A model generated the notes under the pieces. It did not search any database. It had not been told where the DNA came from and was given only the letters and a program-made list of their open reading frames with translations. From assembly GCA_964545165.1 (NCBI GenBank), contig CAZJEQ010000002.1, forward strand, positions 37,072-101,071: a DNA stretch of 64,000 nt. The letters run 5' to 3'. Position numbers and translations under genes: made by a program. This stretch comes from an uncultured Candidatus Saccharibacteria bacterium (GTDB lineage: Bacteria; Patescibacteriota; Minisyncoccia; Phycocordibacterales; UBA2100). Below are positions 19,378 through 29,111 of this stretch, in pieces. How positions within the stretch are numbered: the first letter of the stretch is position 1; each line of letters opens with the position of its first letter.

Positions 19378-19438
19378 TGGCGAACACCAGGACAAGAAAG
19401 CCGAACGTGTCCGCGTGACACTAGTAGGCTTTTTCTTT

Positions 19439-20344
19439 TTATTTAAATACGACCGAGCCGCTATCAAATTTGAGATCGAGTATCAATTCTCCGCGCGAAG
19501 TGAAATGGTAGCTGGAGGTGTTGGCCAGAAATCCGGAGAAGACGGCTTCCTGTGAATTCTCACATGCCATCAACGTCTGCGCGATATCACTAAAGACAAT
19601 GGTACCGGTCGACGCGCGCGCATACGTGCCACCCATTGAATTGCAATCGGTCGTCGCACCGAACGTCCCGTCATCTTTAAAGGTGAGTGTAAATTTCCCT
19701 GTCTGTGTCGGCGTAATTTCTGTTTCGTCATTGAGCAGCGTCGATTGCCACACCCACGTTTTCATATCGAGGGTCATGCGAGACGGATCTGCCTCACCCT
19801 CAAAATTATTCTCGACAACGCCAAATTGGCGGCTGACCGGATCGAGCTTAAGGTACATGCTTGTGCCGACCGACGGTGATGTTGTCATCGGCTCACCCGC
19901 AGCTCGATCTGCGTAATTCACCGCGATGACGCGCTGATGCTGCGGATTGGTGCTCAGATCAATAGTCTGCGGTGCAATACGATCGCCGATCAAAACCGCA
20001 TCGGTACCGACGTAGCCGCGCTCCGTATTGAGACTTCCCACCACATAGTAGAAGGTGCCCGAGCCACCAGGACTCTGCGTGATAAAGAAGACAACGTCTT
20101 CTCGCCCATCACCATCGAGGTCCGTCTTCAAGTCATTACCGAAATAACGCGTGGTCGCATTGTCGATGCGGACGCGCTGCCCATCGATGATGAATTCGGC
20201 CGCCTTGTAGTCGCCTGCGGCAAAGCCCTGTTTCTGGTCGTAGATATACCAATTAAACGCATAGAATGCGCCCACCAAAAGCCCGACTCCGAGAATCGCG
20301 AGGAGGATCAGCCGCTTCATATGGTCTCCGAGCATGCCTGGCAT
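19439..20344 (-). CDS. Secreted protein with C-terminal META/HslJ-like domain
   Basis: Signal anchor MKRLILLAILGVGLLVGA; C-terminal FGATTDCNSMGGTY...GTIVFSDIAQTLMAC pattern of the META (HslJ) domain. Confidence 0.55.
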   Translation of the reverse strand: MPGMLGDHMKRLILLAILGVGLLVGAFYAFNWYIYDQKQGFAAGDYKAAEFIIDGQRVRIDNATTRYFGNDLKTDLDGDGREDVVFFITQSPGGSGTFYYVVGSLNTERGYVGTDAVLIGDRIAPQTIDLSTNPQHQRVIAVNYADRAAGEPMTTSPSVGTSMYLKLDPVSRQFGVVENNFEGEADPSRMTLDMKTWVWQSTLLNDETEITPTQTGKFTLTFKDDGTFGATTDCNSMGGTYARASTGTIVFSDIAQTLMACENSQEAVFSGFLANTSSYHFTSRGELILDLKFDSGSVVFK

Positions 20345-20361
20345 GGCTCTATTGTACCCGG

Positions 20362-21297
20362 TTATTCACCTTGTGCAGCTTTCTCGAGCGCGGCGATATC
20401 AAACTTTTTCATTTTCATCATGGCCGAGAGGGCACGCTTGGATTTCTCTTCATCCGGGTCGTGCATCAATTCAAACATCGCTCGCGGTGTCACCTGCCAG
20501 GAGAAGCCGAAGCGGTCCTTGAGCCAGCCACAGACGCTCTCCGTGCCGCCGCCCGCGCGAAGCGCATCCCAGAAGTAATCCACTTCTGCCTGATCGGCAC
20601 ACTCCACGCTGTAGGAGATCCCTTCGTTGAAGGCGAAGGGATGATTGTGCGCGCTGTCCATAGCCGCAAACCACTGGCCTGCGAGCATGGCGTCGCCGTA
20701 CATGAGCGTCCCCTCCTTGTCTGGCTCGCTCCCCGCGGGGTATTTCGCGAGCGTGCCCACCTGGGAATTCTTGAAGACGGATGCGTAGAAATTGAGTGCC
20801 TCCTCCGCTCTGCCGGCATTTGCACCAACGAAGAGCATCGACGGGACGATGCTCGGGCGCGGCTCTCCTGCCGGATTCGTGAGGATGAGCTGCCAGCTGG
20901 TGCCGAAGCGATCCTCGATCCAGCCAAATTTCTTGGAAAAGGGGTACTCCTGGAGCGGCATACGCACCGTGCCACCCTCGGAGAGCTTGCCCCACATGGT
21001 CTCGAGATCCGCGGCGGCATTGGGATTCCTCGACGGGTCGAAATTCACAAAAAAGGACACCGACGGATTCTTCTGGAACACCGGCCCGCCATCGAGCCCC
21101 ATAAAGGTGAAGCCATCAAGCTCAAAAACTGCCGTGAGCACCTTGCCACTCATGCCCTGCATGGGGCCTTCACTCATGCCTTCGGGGTAGCGCTTGATGG
21201 TCTTAATAGACGCATTCGGGAAGACCGTCAGGTAGAAATTCATGGCCTCCTCGCAATTATTTTTGTCGAACCACAGACACGGGGTGATTTTTTGCAT
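20362..21297 (-). CDS. Tandem-domain VOC/PhnB-like (3-demethylubiquinone-9 3-methyltransferase-like fold) protein
   Basis: Two repeats of the ITPCLWFD...A.EA..FY...F pattern. True start is internal Met MQKITPCLWFD (complement of 21295-21297); the track ORF has a 185-aa spurious extension. Confidence 0.65.
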   Translation of the reverse strand: MQKITPCLWFDKNNCEEAMNFYLTVFPNASIKTIKRYPEGMSEGPMQGMSGKVLTAVFELDGFTFMGLDGGPVFQKNPSVSFFVNFDPSRNPNAAADLETMWGKLSEGGTVRMPLQEYPFSKKFGWIEDRFGTSWQLILTNPAGEPRPSIVPSMLFVGANAGRAEEALNFYASVFKNSQVGTLAKYPAGSEPDKEGTLMYGDAMLAGQWFAAMDSAHNHPFAFNEGISYSVECADQAEVDYFWDALRAGGGTESVCGWLKDRFGFSWQVTPRAMFELMHDPDEEKSKRALSAMMKMKKFDIAALEKAAQGE

Positions 21298-21399
21298 ACG
21301 TGCATTGTACCAGCACCCTGTCGAAAGTTTTGATGAATCTTGACCAACCCCTCCAAAGATGTTAATATGCTCATAGGTCAGTCTACAAGGAAAGTTGAA

Positions 21400-21978
21400 A
21401 TGACACGATATATTGATCCGGCTCATGCCGTGGTGCGCCTCAACGCCACCATCAACGAGGAGCAGTTTGCGACCGCCCGCAAGGAAATCGCCGACCTCCT
21501 CGACACCCCGGGTATCAAAAGCGTCACGCTGCGCGTCAACGCGATCAGCGGCATGATCCCCACTGCGTGCGACATGCACGAACACGTCTCGGATCTCCGG
21601 AGGAATTCTCCCATTCCGCTTCGTGTGCTCGCGGCCGGCTGCTGCGGTGCCAGCGCTCTCTTGGTGATTCTTGCCTTCGATCGGCAACATCGCTGCTACA
21701 CCAAGGACACGATGTTTGTCCTGCAAAAGCCGTTCTTCGAGCCCCTCTATCCCCGTCGCAGCTATGAAGCCGACGGCGATATATCGGCAGACAAGGCGCG
21801 CGCGCTCACCGACGAGCGGTTCTATCGCCTCTTTGGCGCGGGCCTGAACCAATCAGCCGCAGAGGCCCGGCAGCTGTTCGTGCCTGATAGGGCACGCCGC
21901 ATCCTCAGCCTGGAGAAGGCGTGCGCCCTGGGCATCGTTACCGAGTTCGTCCCGAGTGATGAGTCACTCGCGGCCTAG
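21400..21978 (+). CDS. ClpP-family (S14) protease homologue, probably non-catalytic
   Basis: ClpP-like blocks (VNAISGMI, LAAGCCGASALL, FVLQKP, C-terminal ...ALGIVTEFV), but the His of the MIHQP block is replaced by Leu. Good SD (AAGGAAAG) before the ATG at 21400. Confidence 0.55.
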   Translation: MTRYIDPAHAVVRLNATINEEQFATARKEIADLLDTPGIKSVTLRVNAISGMIPTACDMHEHVSDLRRNSPIPLRVLAAGCCGASALLVILAFDRQHRCYTKDTMFVLQKPFFEPLYPRRSYEADGDISADKARALTDERFYRLFGAGLNQSAAEARQLFVPDRARRILSLEKACALGIVTEFVPSDESLAA

Positions 21979-22030
21979 TCATTCGCGGACCAGATCTTTG
22001 CCGACGTGCGCTCTGCACGTCGGCTACACA

Positions 22031-22066
22031 AAGAAAGCCACCCTCTCGGGTGGCTCACTTTTTTAT
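22031..22066. terminator. Bidirectional rho-independent terminator between convergent genes
   Basis: A-run, GCCACCC-TCTC-GGGTGGC, TTTTTT. Confidence 0.6.
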
Positions 22067-22076
22067 ATATTTTATC

Positions 22077-23360
22077 TTAGCGGCGGCGGAAGCTGCGATT
22101 GGCCGGGCGGCCACCACCTGGGCGACCAAAGCCAGGGCGTCCACCGAATGATGGGCGGCCCGTTGAGCGGCCGCGAGACGGGCGACGACCGCGGTCATCA
22201 TCATCTTCTCCCGGCGGGAGCGTCACGCTCGGCAAATCATGTGGCAGCTGCGAAACGGGGAGTGGCTTTTTGGTGAGGCGTTCGATGTCGCGGATTTCAT
22301 TGCGCTCGCTCGGCAGTGCGAATGAAATGGCATGGCCATCAGCGCCCGCACGTGCGGTGCGTCCAATGCGGTGCACGTAATCGGCGGTTTGCATCGGCAT
22401 GTCGTAGTTGATCACGAGCTCGATGCCGGTGACGTCGATACCACGCGCCGCAATGTCGGTGGCGACGAGCACGCGGTACTTGCCGCGCTTGAAGCCTTCG
22501 AGCGCCTCTTTGCGCTGCGAGAGCGAACGATTCGAGTGGATCTCTGCGGCAGCATGGCCCTTGGCGCGCAAGTGCTGTGCGATTCGCTTGGCAGTGTATT
22601 TCATCTTGGTAAAGACGATGGTCGAGCCTTTGTACTGCTCGAGCACCTTTTCGAGGAGAGCGATTTTCGCGGCCTTCGGCACGATAAAGATTTCCTGCGT
22701 CACGCGCTCAGCGGTCGTACCCTGCGGCGCGATCTCGATCGAGGTCGGCACCTTCATGTGCGTCGCGGCAATCTGCATGATCTCGCGCGAGAGCGTGGCG
22801 GAGAAGAGCATGGTCTGACGCTCACGCGGAATCTCCTGGAGGATGCGCTTCATCTGTGGGAGGAATCCCATGTCGAGCATGCGATCAGCTTCGTCGAGGA
22901 CGAGAATGCTCACGCCCGAGAGACGGATGGTCCCCTGCTCCATGTGATCGATGAGGCGGCCGGGAGTGGCGATGACAATGTGTGGGCCGTCGCGAAGTGC
23001 GCGGACCTGCGGATTCATATTCGCTCCACCGATCAAGACCGCTGTCTTCACGCCAAGCGGTGTGCCGACGCGGCGAATTGATTCTTCCACCTGCAGCGCA
23101 AGCTCACGAGTCGGGACGAGCACGAGGCCGCCACCGTCTTCCATGAGGCGCTGAATCATTGGGATACCGAAGGCGAGTGTCTTGCCGGTACCGGTCTGCG
23201 CGACACCGATGACGTCTTTGCCTTCGATCGCAAGCGGAATCGACTGATGCTGAATCGGCGTCGGGGTCGAGAATTTGAGACGCGTGAGCACCTCGCGCAC
23301 GGCCGGTGCGATGCCGAGGCCATCGAATGAAAGTTCAGCGTTCATATTAGTCGCGGACAT
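22077..23360 (-). CDS. DEAD-box ATP-dependent RNA helicase with C-terminal RGG/RG-rich tail
   Basis: Q-motif, AQTGTGKT, PTRELA, DEAD (VLDEADRML), SAT, HRIGRTARAG motifs. Confidence 0.9.
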   Translation of the reverse strand: MSATNMNAELSFDGLGIAPAVREVLTRLKFSTPTPIQHQSIPLAIEGKDVIGVAQTGTGKTLAFGIPMIQRLMEDGGGLVLVPTRELALQVEESIRRVGTPLGVKTAVLIGGANMNPQVRALRDGPHIVIATPGRLIDHMEQGTIRLSGVSILVLDEADRMLDMGFLPQMKRILQEIPRERQTMLFSATLSREIMQIAATHMKVPTSIEIAPQGTTAERVTQEIFIVPKAAKIALLEKVLEQYKGSTIVFTKMKYTAKRIAQHLRAKGHAAAEIHSNRSLSQRKEALEGFKRGKYRVLVATDIAARGIDVTGIELVINYDMPMQTADYVHRIGRTARAGADGHAISFALPSERNEIRDIERLTKKPLPVSQLPHDLPSVTLPPGEDDDDRGRRPSRGRSTGRPSFGGRPGFGRPGGGRPANRSFRRR

Positions 23361-23511
23361 GCGCGCTCTTGTAGATGCAAGTCAGACACTCCTTCTGCAT
23401 GCGACGGGTTTTGATGTACTTATTGCCACACGTGCAGACAAGCGCGGTTGTTTTAAGCGGCTTGGCGACCCACTTGCCGTTTTTATTGAATGTTTTGGTC
23501 GGGAGATTCAT
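23347..23511 (-). CDS. Small Cys4 zinc-ribbon-like ORF (54 aa), uncertain
   Basis: Manual translation MNLPTKTFNKNGKWVAKPLKTTALVCTCGNKYIKTRRMQKECLTCIYKSAHVRD (CxC...CxxC). Its 3' end overlaps the helicase start by about 14 nt in another frame. Confidence 0.3.
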   Translation of the reverse strand: MNLPTKTFNKNGKWVAKPLKTTALVCTCGNKYIKTRRMQKECLTCIYKSAHVRD

Positions 23512-23615
23512 ATCTCAGTAACGTCGCTCTAGAGAGCGCTCAAATCGAGGACGAGAGCAACGTCCGACTATAATACTATATTTATGAAGAATGGTCAAGA
23601 TTGGCCCCGAAACGC

Positions 23616-24419
23616 CTAGCGGTTGTCGGTGCGCTTGGAAATCTCGAAGGTGAAGCGATACGCGCTCGGATCTTTCTCCTGCCCTGCGACTGGCGCGGGG
23701 GTCACAGAGACCAGCGTCACAAATTCCGCCTCGGAGGAGATCGGAAAGCCCAGCTCAAAGGTGACCGGCGCGGTGCCCATGCCACTCTCCAGCGTCGCCT
23801 TGAGCTTCACGGTGCCTGCCCAGATGCACTGCACGTTTTGCGGACAGCGACTGTCATCGGTAACTTCGAGCGGTGTAATCGAAATACCGAGTGCCGAGAC
23901 TTTTTGTCCAAGCTTCGCCGTGACCGTCGCTTTCTGCGGTGCTGGAGTAGTCGATGTCGAAATGATCTCGATGCGGCGTACGAGCAGATCCGCTCCACGA
24001 TCGATGCCGGTCACGCGCACGCGCTTGCCCGCATAGCGCACATCGGGAGACGAGCTGAGCGCCATGCAGAGGATCGACGGGTCCGTACCGCACATGCTCT
24101 CGGCATCCATCGCGAGATTTTTTGTGTACGTCTGCCCCTCTTTTACATAGACGAGTGAGCCAGGACCGACGGGCTGCATGGGATCGTTGAAGACCATCGT
24201 GCCTTCGGCGACAAACATGGCATCACCATTCGGGCAGGCGGCAAATTCGCAATTCGGCCCCGTGCGACCGACTGCTGAGCCGTCGGGACACATCTTGGCT
24301 TCCATCGTGCAGCCCTGCGCAATCGGCGCGCCTTTTTGATACGTATTAAAGGCCAGCACTCCCACGATGGCGAGCGCCGCAGCGACCCCGGCAACCGCGA
24401 ACAAAGACATTTTATTCAT
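23616..24419 (-). CDS. Hypothetical secreted Cys-containing protein
   Basis: Signal anchor; several Cys pairs (CPDGSAVGRTGPNCEFAACPNG); no domain recognised. Confidence 0.45.
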   Translation of the reverse strand: MNKMSLFAVAGVAAALAIVGVLAFNTYQKGAPIAQGCTMEAKMCPDGSAVGRTGPNCEFAACPNGDAMFVAEGTMVFNDPMQPVGPGSLVYVKEGQTYTKNLAMDAESMCGTDPSILCMALSSSPDVRYAGKRVRVTGIDRGADLLVRRIEIISTSTTPAPQKATVTAKLGQKVSALGISITPLEVTDDSRCPQNVQCIWAGTVKLKATLESGMGTAPVTFELGFPISSEAEFVTLVSVTPAPVAGQEKDPSAYRFTFEISKRTDNR

Positions 24420-24470
24420 GATGTAAGTATAGACGAACAGCGCACCCCTTTATTTCAGGAGAGATATCCC

Positions 24471-25433
24471 TTACTTCTCATCTTTGAGTTTGTTGAGGAT
24501 TTTCTTGACTGCTTCCACACTCTCGTCGTCGAGGATGGAGAATGGGGTCGCCGTGACCTTTATCTTCTTGAGCGCGGCAAGCTGCTTCTTGAGCGTCGCA
24601 GCATCTACCTGATCGCATTTGCTGAGAAATACGTACTCCTGTTTTTCGGCAAGCTCCGGATTGTATTCTTTGAGCTCTTTGCGAACGACTTTGTAATCAC
24701 GGACCACATCATCGCTCTCTGCGGAGACGAGATGGAAGAGGGTCTTGGTGCGTTCGACATGCTTGAGGAATTTGAATCCGAGCCCTTTGCCGTCCGAGGC
24801 ACCTTCGATGAGACCTGGGATGTCCGCGATGATGAGCTCGTAGTAGGCACCGAGGTGTGGCTCAAGCGTCGTGAAGGCATACGCCGCCACGCGTGAGCGT
24901 GCGGCAGTGAGCTGATTCAGAAGCGATGATTTCCCGGCATTCGGCAATCCGACGAGTCCCACATCCGCGATGAGGCGCAGCTCAATGCGATAGGTATTGA
25001 TGTCCCCCGGCTTTCCTTCTTCGAATTCTGTCGGCGAAGTGTTGGTCGAGGAGCGAAATTTGAAATTGCCGCGACCACCGTCGCCACCGCCGGCGACGAG
25101 CGCGCGCTCGCCCACCTGCGAGATTTCACGGACAAATCCGGTCTCGAGATTCGTGTAGCGCGTACCGGTCGGCACCTTGATGATGCGGTCTTCGCCGCCT
25201 TTGCCATCAATAAATTGTCCGCGACCATTCCCGCCGTCTTTGGCCTTGATCACCTTTTGGTGCGCCAATGATTGCAACGCCGAGAGATCGGAAACGCCCT
25301 CGAGAAAAATAGAGCCGCCACGACCACCGTCCGCACCCGTCGGGCCCAAGGCCTTCTTGACCTTGTTGAACGCAGCAGAGCCGCGTCCTCCGCGGCCTGC
25401 CTCAAAACGTATAGTGAGATCGTCTACCAGCAT
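24471..25433 (-). CDS. obg: GTPase Obg (lacks long C-terminal extension)
   Basis: Gly-rich Obg fold (GGRGG repeats) then G-domain GLPNAGKSSL, DIPGLIEGA. Confidence 0.9.
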   Translation of the reverse strand: MLVDDLTIRFEAGRGGRGSAAFNKVKKALGPTGADGGRGGSIFLEGVSDLSALQSLAHQKVIKAKDGGNGRGQFIDGKGGEDRIIKVPTGTRYTNLETGFVREISQVGERALVAGGGDGGRGNFKFRSSTNTSPTEFEEGKPGDINTYRIELRLIADVGLVGLPNAGKSSLLNQLTAARSRVAAYAFTTLEPHLGAYYELIIADIPGLIEGASDGKGLGFKFLKHVERTKTLFHLVSAESDDVVRDYKVVRKELKEYNPELAEKQEYVFLSKCDQVDAATLKKQLAALKKIKVTATPFSILDDESVEAVKKILNKLKDEK

Positions 25434-25452
25434 CGACGGATGCTACCACGAG

Positions 25453-25839
25453 TCAGCCAATAAAGCCGAACCCCGAACCAGCAAGATAGAGACCCGCGAG
25501 AATGGCGATGACGCCACCGACGCCATACCACTGCGGCGTATTGAACGCTGCGACGAATTTCTGGACGCGCTTGTACGGCATGGAGAGGTAGATGATGCCC
25601 TCTACGATGAGCATGTAGCCGATGATCGAGATAAGCCCGTTGACCGAGACGCTCACCAATGGGTACGTGAGGACGATGGCGAGACCCGCGAGGATCTCAG
25701 CGAGTGCAATGACCAAAAGAAGCGGACGATTCGCGACAAGCTGGCGAATAGCTGGCATGACGGCACGACGACGATACAGCACGATGCCGCCGATCAGAAT
25801 AAAGTAGATGCCGAGTAATTGTGAAAGTGAGAATTCCAT
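25453..25839 (-). CDS. Small 4-TM membrane protein, hypothetical
   Basis: Four hydrophobic helices; no motif. Confidence 0.45.
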   Translation of the reverse strand: MEFSLSQLLGIYFILIGGIVLYRRRAVMPAIRQLVANRPLLLVIALAEILAGLAIVLTYPLVSVSVNGLISIIGYMLIVEGIIYLSMPYKRVQKFVAAFNTPQWYGVGGVIAILAGLYLAGSGFGFIG

Positions 25840-25935
25840 GGCGAGGAGTATTAAATAAATGATTGATGCACAAACAATAGCATCTTCTTTTCTTCACAAG
25901 CGAAGAAAAGTCCGCGCCTGTGTATATTCAAATGC

Positions 25936-25970
25936 AAAACGGCCTCGCACAGAAGCGAGGCCGTTTTGTT
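25936..25970. terminator. Bidirectional rho-independent terminator
   Basis: AAAACGGCCTCGC-ACAGAA-GCGAGGCCGTTTTGTT. Confidence 0.55.
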
Positions 25971-25978
25971 GCGGACAT

Positions 25979-26926
25979 TTAGCGGAAAAGATTCTTCAGA
26001 AAACCGACTGAGTGCGTGAGCACAAAGACAACTGATGCAGAGATCGAATCATTCACTCCCGTCGTCGTGGGTCCGAAGACGACAATGTTGCTGCCTACTT
26101 TGAGCGCGGCAGAAGTGGTGGCTGAGCCGCCTGCTGCGAAGAAGGTCGACGCAGAGGTGTTGACCGTCGTCGGCCCCGTGCCGAAGCGATCGATCGTGAT
26201 GACATTACCGTTGACCGCCGTCACGGTACCCGCACGTACGCCATTCATCTCAGCGAGCATTTCACGCGCCTTGAGTGCTTTGTCAGTAATCTTGGTTGCA
26301 GCGACCGTCGTGCCAGTCACGGTACCTTTCACCTCGACGCGATCACCAATCTGGATTTTCGCGAGCATCGCCGTATCAGACGAGCCGTTGATCGTGGCGC
26401 CCGAGGCATTAACGGAGTAGACGGAGCCATTTTCACCAGTGATGGTGAGTGTTGCGCCAGAGAGACCAGCAACCGTGCCACTGACCTGCGCAGCAGCATT
26501 CACCGTCTTGTCCGTGATCTTGCTTGCCGTAATGACCGAGCCCGAGAGCGTGCCCGCTACTTTGATCGTGTGTCCGATGGCGAGCGAGCTCAGCGGGAGC
26601 GTCGATCCATTGCTGTCAGAGATCGCGGCGCTTGCAGCATTTACGGTGTACACGGCACCCTTCTCACCACCAATCGTAATGGTGGAACCACTGATTGCGG
26701 TGATCGTACCGCCAACCGATATGGTGTTGTTATCGTGGTCTTTGTCCTTGTCCTTCGCGCCGCGCCCATCGTCGTGCAATGCCTTGAGGATACCGCCGAT
26801 GTTTACGGCAAAACGATTACCGTGGTCGCCCCCCTGCTTCTGATCAGAGTGGGCGAATACGGGAGAGGCAGTCGTCAGTGCCACCATGAGTGCGCCTGAG
26901 GCTGCAATATAACGAATAGATTTCAT
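25979..26926 (-). CDS. Secreted protein built from about 4 DUF5666-like beta-repeat units
   Basis: Signal peptide; repeated ~50-aa unit (GTVTAISGSTITIGGEKGAVYTVNASAA / GTVAGLSGATLTITGENGSVYSVNASGA / GTVTAVNGNVITI...). Confidence 0.55.
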   Translation of the reverse strand: MKSIRYIAASGALMVALTTASPVFAHSDQKQGGDHGNRFAVNIGGILKALHDDGRGAKDKDKDHDNNTISVGGTITAISGSTITIGGEKGAVYTVNAASAAISDSNGSTLPLSSLAIGHTIKVAGTLSGSVITASKITDKTVNAAAQVSGTVAGLSGATLTITGENGSVYSVNASGATINGSSDTAMLAKIQIGDRVEVKGTVTGTTVAATKITDKALKAREMLAEMNGVRAGTVTAVNGNVITIDRFGTGPTTVNTSASTFFAAGGSATTSAALKVGSNIVVFGPTTTGVNDSISASVVFVLTHSVGFLKNLFR

Positions 26927-27102
26927 AGAGTTGTATTACTTAGTAAGCGTCGCCCTGAGCGACATAGATAGAGACGCATGAGGTGCACCAAACTTAACGG
27001 AATCAAATCACGTCATTCATAATTGATATCGTCAAACGAGCCCGCGCAAAGTTTTCCACATGGTACCTTGCGATACATAGTACTGGGTGCTAACATCGCC
27101 GC

Positions 27103-27435
27103 ATGGGAAAGGAAACTGATTTTGAAGAATCAAAAGCGCAGATGCGCCGCGGCATGTTGGAGTTCTGCACGCTGCTCGCAATCTCGCGCGACACCGTGTA
27201 TGCGTCCGATATCTTAAAAACGCTCAAGGGTGCCGATCTCCTCGTCGTCGAGGGCACACTCTATCCCCTCCTTACACGCCTCAAGACCGAGGGACTCTTG
27301 GAGTACGACTGGAAGGAATCGTCTGCTGGTCCGCCTCGCAAATACTATGCGCTCACGTCGAAGGGCACGGACAAACTTAAGCAATTAAAAGCAACCTGGG
27401 GTTCATTGGTCGAATCAATTAACACACTTATTTAA
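27103..27435 (+). CDS. PadR family transcriptional regulator
   Basis: LEFCTLLAI...YASDI...GTLYPLLTRLKTEGLL winged-helix signature. Confidence 0.85.
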   Translation: MGKETDFEESKAQMRRGMLEFCTLLAISRDTVYASDILKTLKGADLLVVEGTLYPLLTRLKTEGLLEYDWKESSAGPPRKYYALTSKGTDKLKQLKATWGSLVESINTLI

Positions 27436-27440
27436 CGTCT

Positions 27441-29111
27441 ATGAAAAAAGCATTACAAATCTCGCTCGCCAAAACGCTCTTCACTATCGAAGAAGACGCG
27501 TACGCGCGCCTGGAGGAATATCTCTCGGCAGTGCGTAAACATTTCTCTGCGACCGCAGGATCGGCAGAAATTATCGACGATATTGAAGGATCAATCGCCG
27601 AGCAGCTCATCGAGCGCAAAGAAAGAATCGTATCTATCGAGATTATCGAGGCCATCCTTGCCAAGATGGGCAAGGTAGAAGATTTTGATGACGGCATCTC
27701 CAGCGAGAGCTCGCCGAAGCGCGAATCGACGACGGGTGGCAAAAAACTCTATCGCAATCCCAGCGATGCGATTATTGCGGGTGTCTGCTCCGGCATCGCC
27801 GCGTATTTCGGCTGGGAGACGCTGTGGGTGCGCCTGGGCTTTTTTGCACTCACCTTCTTAAACGGCTTCGGCTTCCTTCTCTACATCGTGCTCTGGGTGA
27901 TTATGCCGGAAGCAAAAAGTGCTGCACAGAAATTGGAAATGACGGGCACTCCAGTCACGCTCGAGAATTTGAGCGAGACGGTGCGCGAGCGCGTCAACGA
28001 GATTCGCGCTGATCGCAAAGGTACCTTTGCAAAGATCATAAGCATCCCTGCACAGCTGATCTCGGGCATCATTCGCGTCATTGGTCCGATCTTTCGCGTG
28101 CTCGCCGGACTCATCATGACCTTCGCCGCTGGCGCTGCACTGGTCGCGATCCTCATCACGAGCAGCATCATGCTCTCTGGTGCTGCGTTTATGACGGGAG
28201 ACTTGCCGGTCTCGACGGTACTCCCCGGTGCACTCTACGGATTCGCCGCTGTGTCACTCATCTTTGTTGCACTGATTCCCGCGCTTGCCGTCTTTTTTGC
28301 TGGCATCGCACTACTTGCCAAGAAAACGATCATCTCCGGGCCGATCGGCGCCGGCATGTTGGGCCTGTGGTTCCTCGCCATCGCCGTCTCGGGATTTGCG
28401 ATTGCCAAAGGTGCCGAGAATTATCGTGTCTATCGTGAGACCGCTCCAGAATACCAGGCGATCAGTCGCGAGATTTCGCTCGAAGGCGCTTTCCAGCGAG
28501 TCGAGGTAGAAAACGGTGTCGATCTTGAGATTCTCAAAGGCGAAACACCGTCGCTCACCGCGACCGGCCTTGAACGCATGATTGATTCGTATGACGCACG
28601 GGTGGAAAATGGCACACTCCATATCTCGCGCACGCCGCTTGACGGACGTATCTGCTTCTTCTGCGGAGATCACACACCGACGCTCACGCTTCGTATCGAT
28701 CAGCTTGAATCCATCGCTGGCGAGCGCGGCGCACATATCACCATGGAAGATCTCGGGCTCACGGCACTGACGATCGAGCTCAAACAAGGCTCGCGCGCCG
28801 ATATCGAAGCAGCGTTTGACTCACTTATTGCAGAAGTCCGCGATGGCTCATACCTCTCGCTCGATGGCTCCGCCACCCGTGCCACGATGACAGCCACACA
28901 AGGTGCGCGCATTCACGCCATAGATTTCGACATCCAAGACGCCGAGGTCACAGCCACCTACGGCTCGGACGTGGATATCAATGTGTCACAGACACTGAAG
29001 GCGACAGCGACCTACGGCGCACGTATCTCCTACGATGGTAATCCGCAGGCGACGATAAGCGAGCGCCAAGGAGCGGACGTCCGCTCTAATGAACAGCCGG
29101 AGGAGGAGTAA
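27441..29111 (+). CDS. PspC-domain membrane protein with C-terminal DUF2807/GIN-like beta-domain
   Basis: LYRNPSDAIIAGVCSGIAAYFGWETLWVRLGF PspC motif; classic padR-pspC-domain pair. Confidence 0.8.
   Translation: MKKALQISLAKTLFTIEEDAYARLEEYLSAVRKHFSATAGSAEIIDDIEGSIAEQLIERKERIVSIEIIEAILAKMGKVEDFDDGISSESSPKRESTTGGKKLYRNPSDAIIAGVCSGIAAYFGWETLWVRLGFFALTFLNGFGFLLYIVLWVIMPEAKSAAQKLEMTGTPVTLENLSETVRERVNEIRADRKGTFAKIISIPAQLISGIIRVIGPIFRVLAGLIMTFAAGAALVAILITSSIMLSGAAFMTGDLPVSTVLPGALYGFAAVSLIFVALIPALAVFFAGIALLAKKTIISGPIGAGMLGLWFLAIAVSGFAIAKGAENYRVYRETAPEYQAISREISLEGAFQRVEVENGVDLEILKGETPSLTATGLERMIDSYDARVENGTLHISRTPLDGRICFFCGDHTPTLTLRIDQLESIAGERGAHITMEDLGLTALTIELKQGSRADIEAAFDSLIAEVRDGSYLSLDGSATRATMTATQGARIHAIDFDIQDAEVTATYGSDVDINVSQTLKATATYGARISYDGNPQATISERQGADVRSNEQPEEE

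Noticed and set aside
20266-21333. 355-aa plus-strand ORF and the 185-aa N-terminal extension of the PhnB-like ORF
   Set aside because: Antisense or extension artefacts of high GC. The PhnB-like domain starts exactly at an internal Met (MQKITPCLWFD), and the extension overlaps the oppositely oriented ClpP-like gene.
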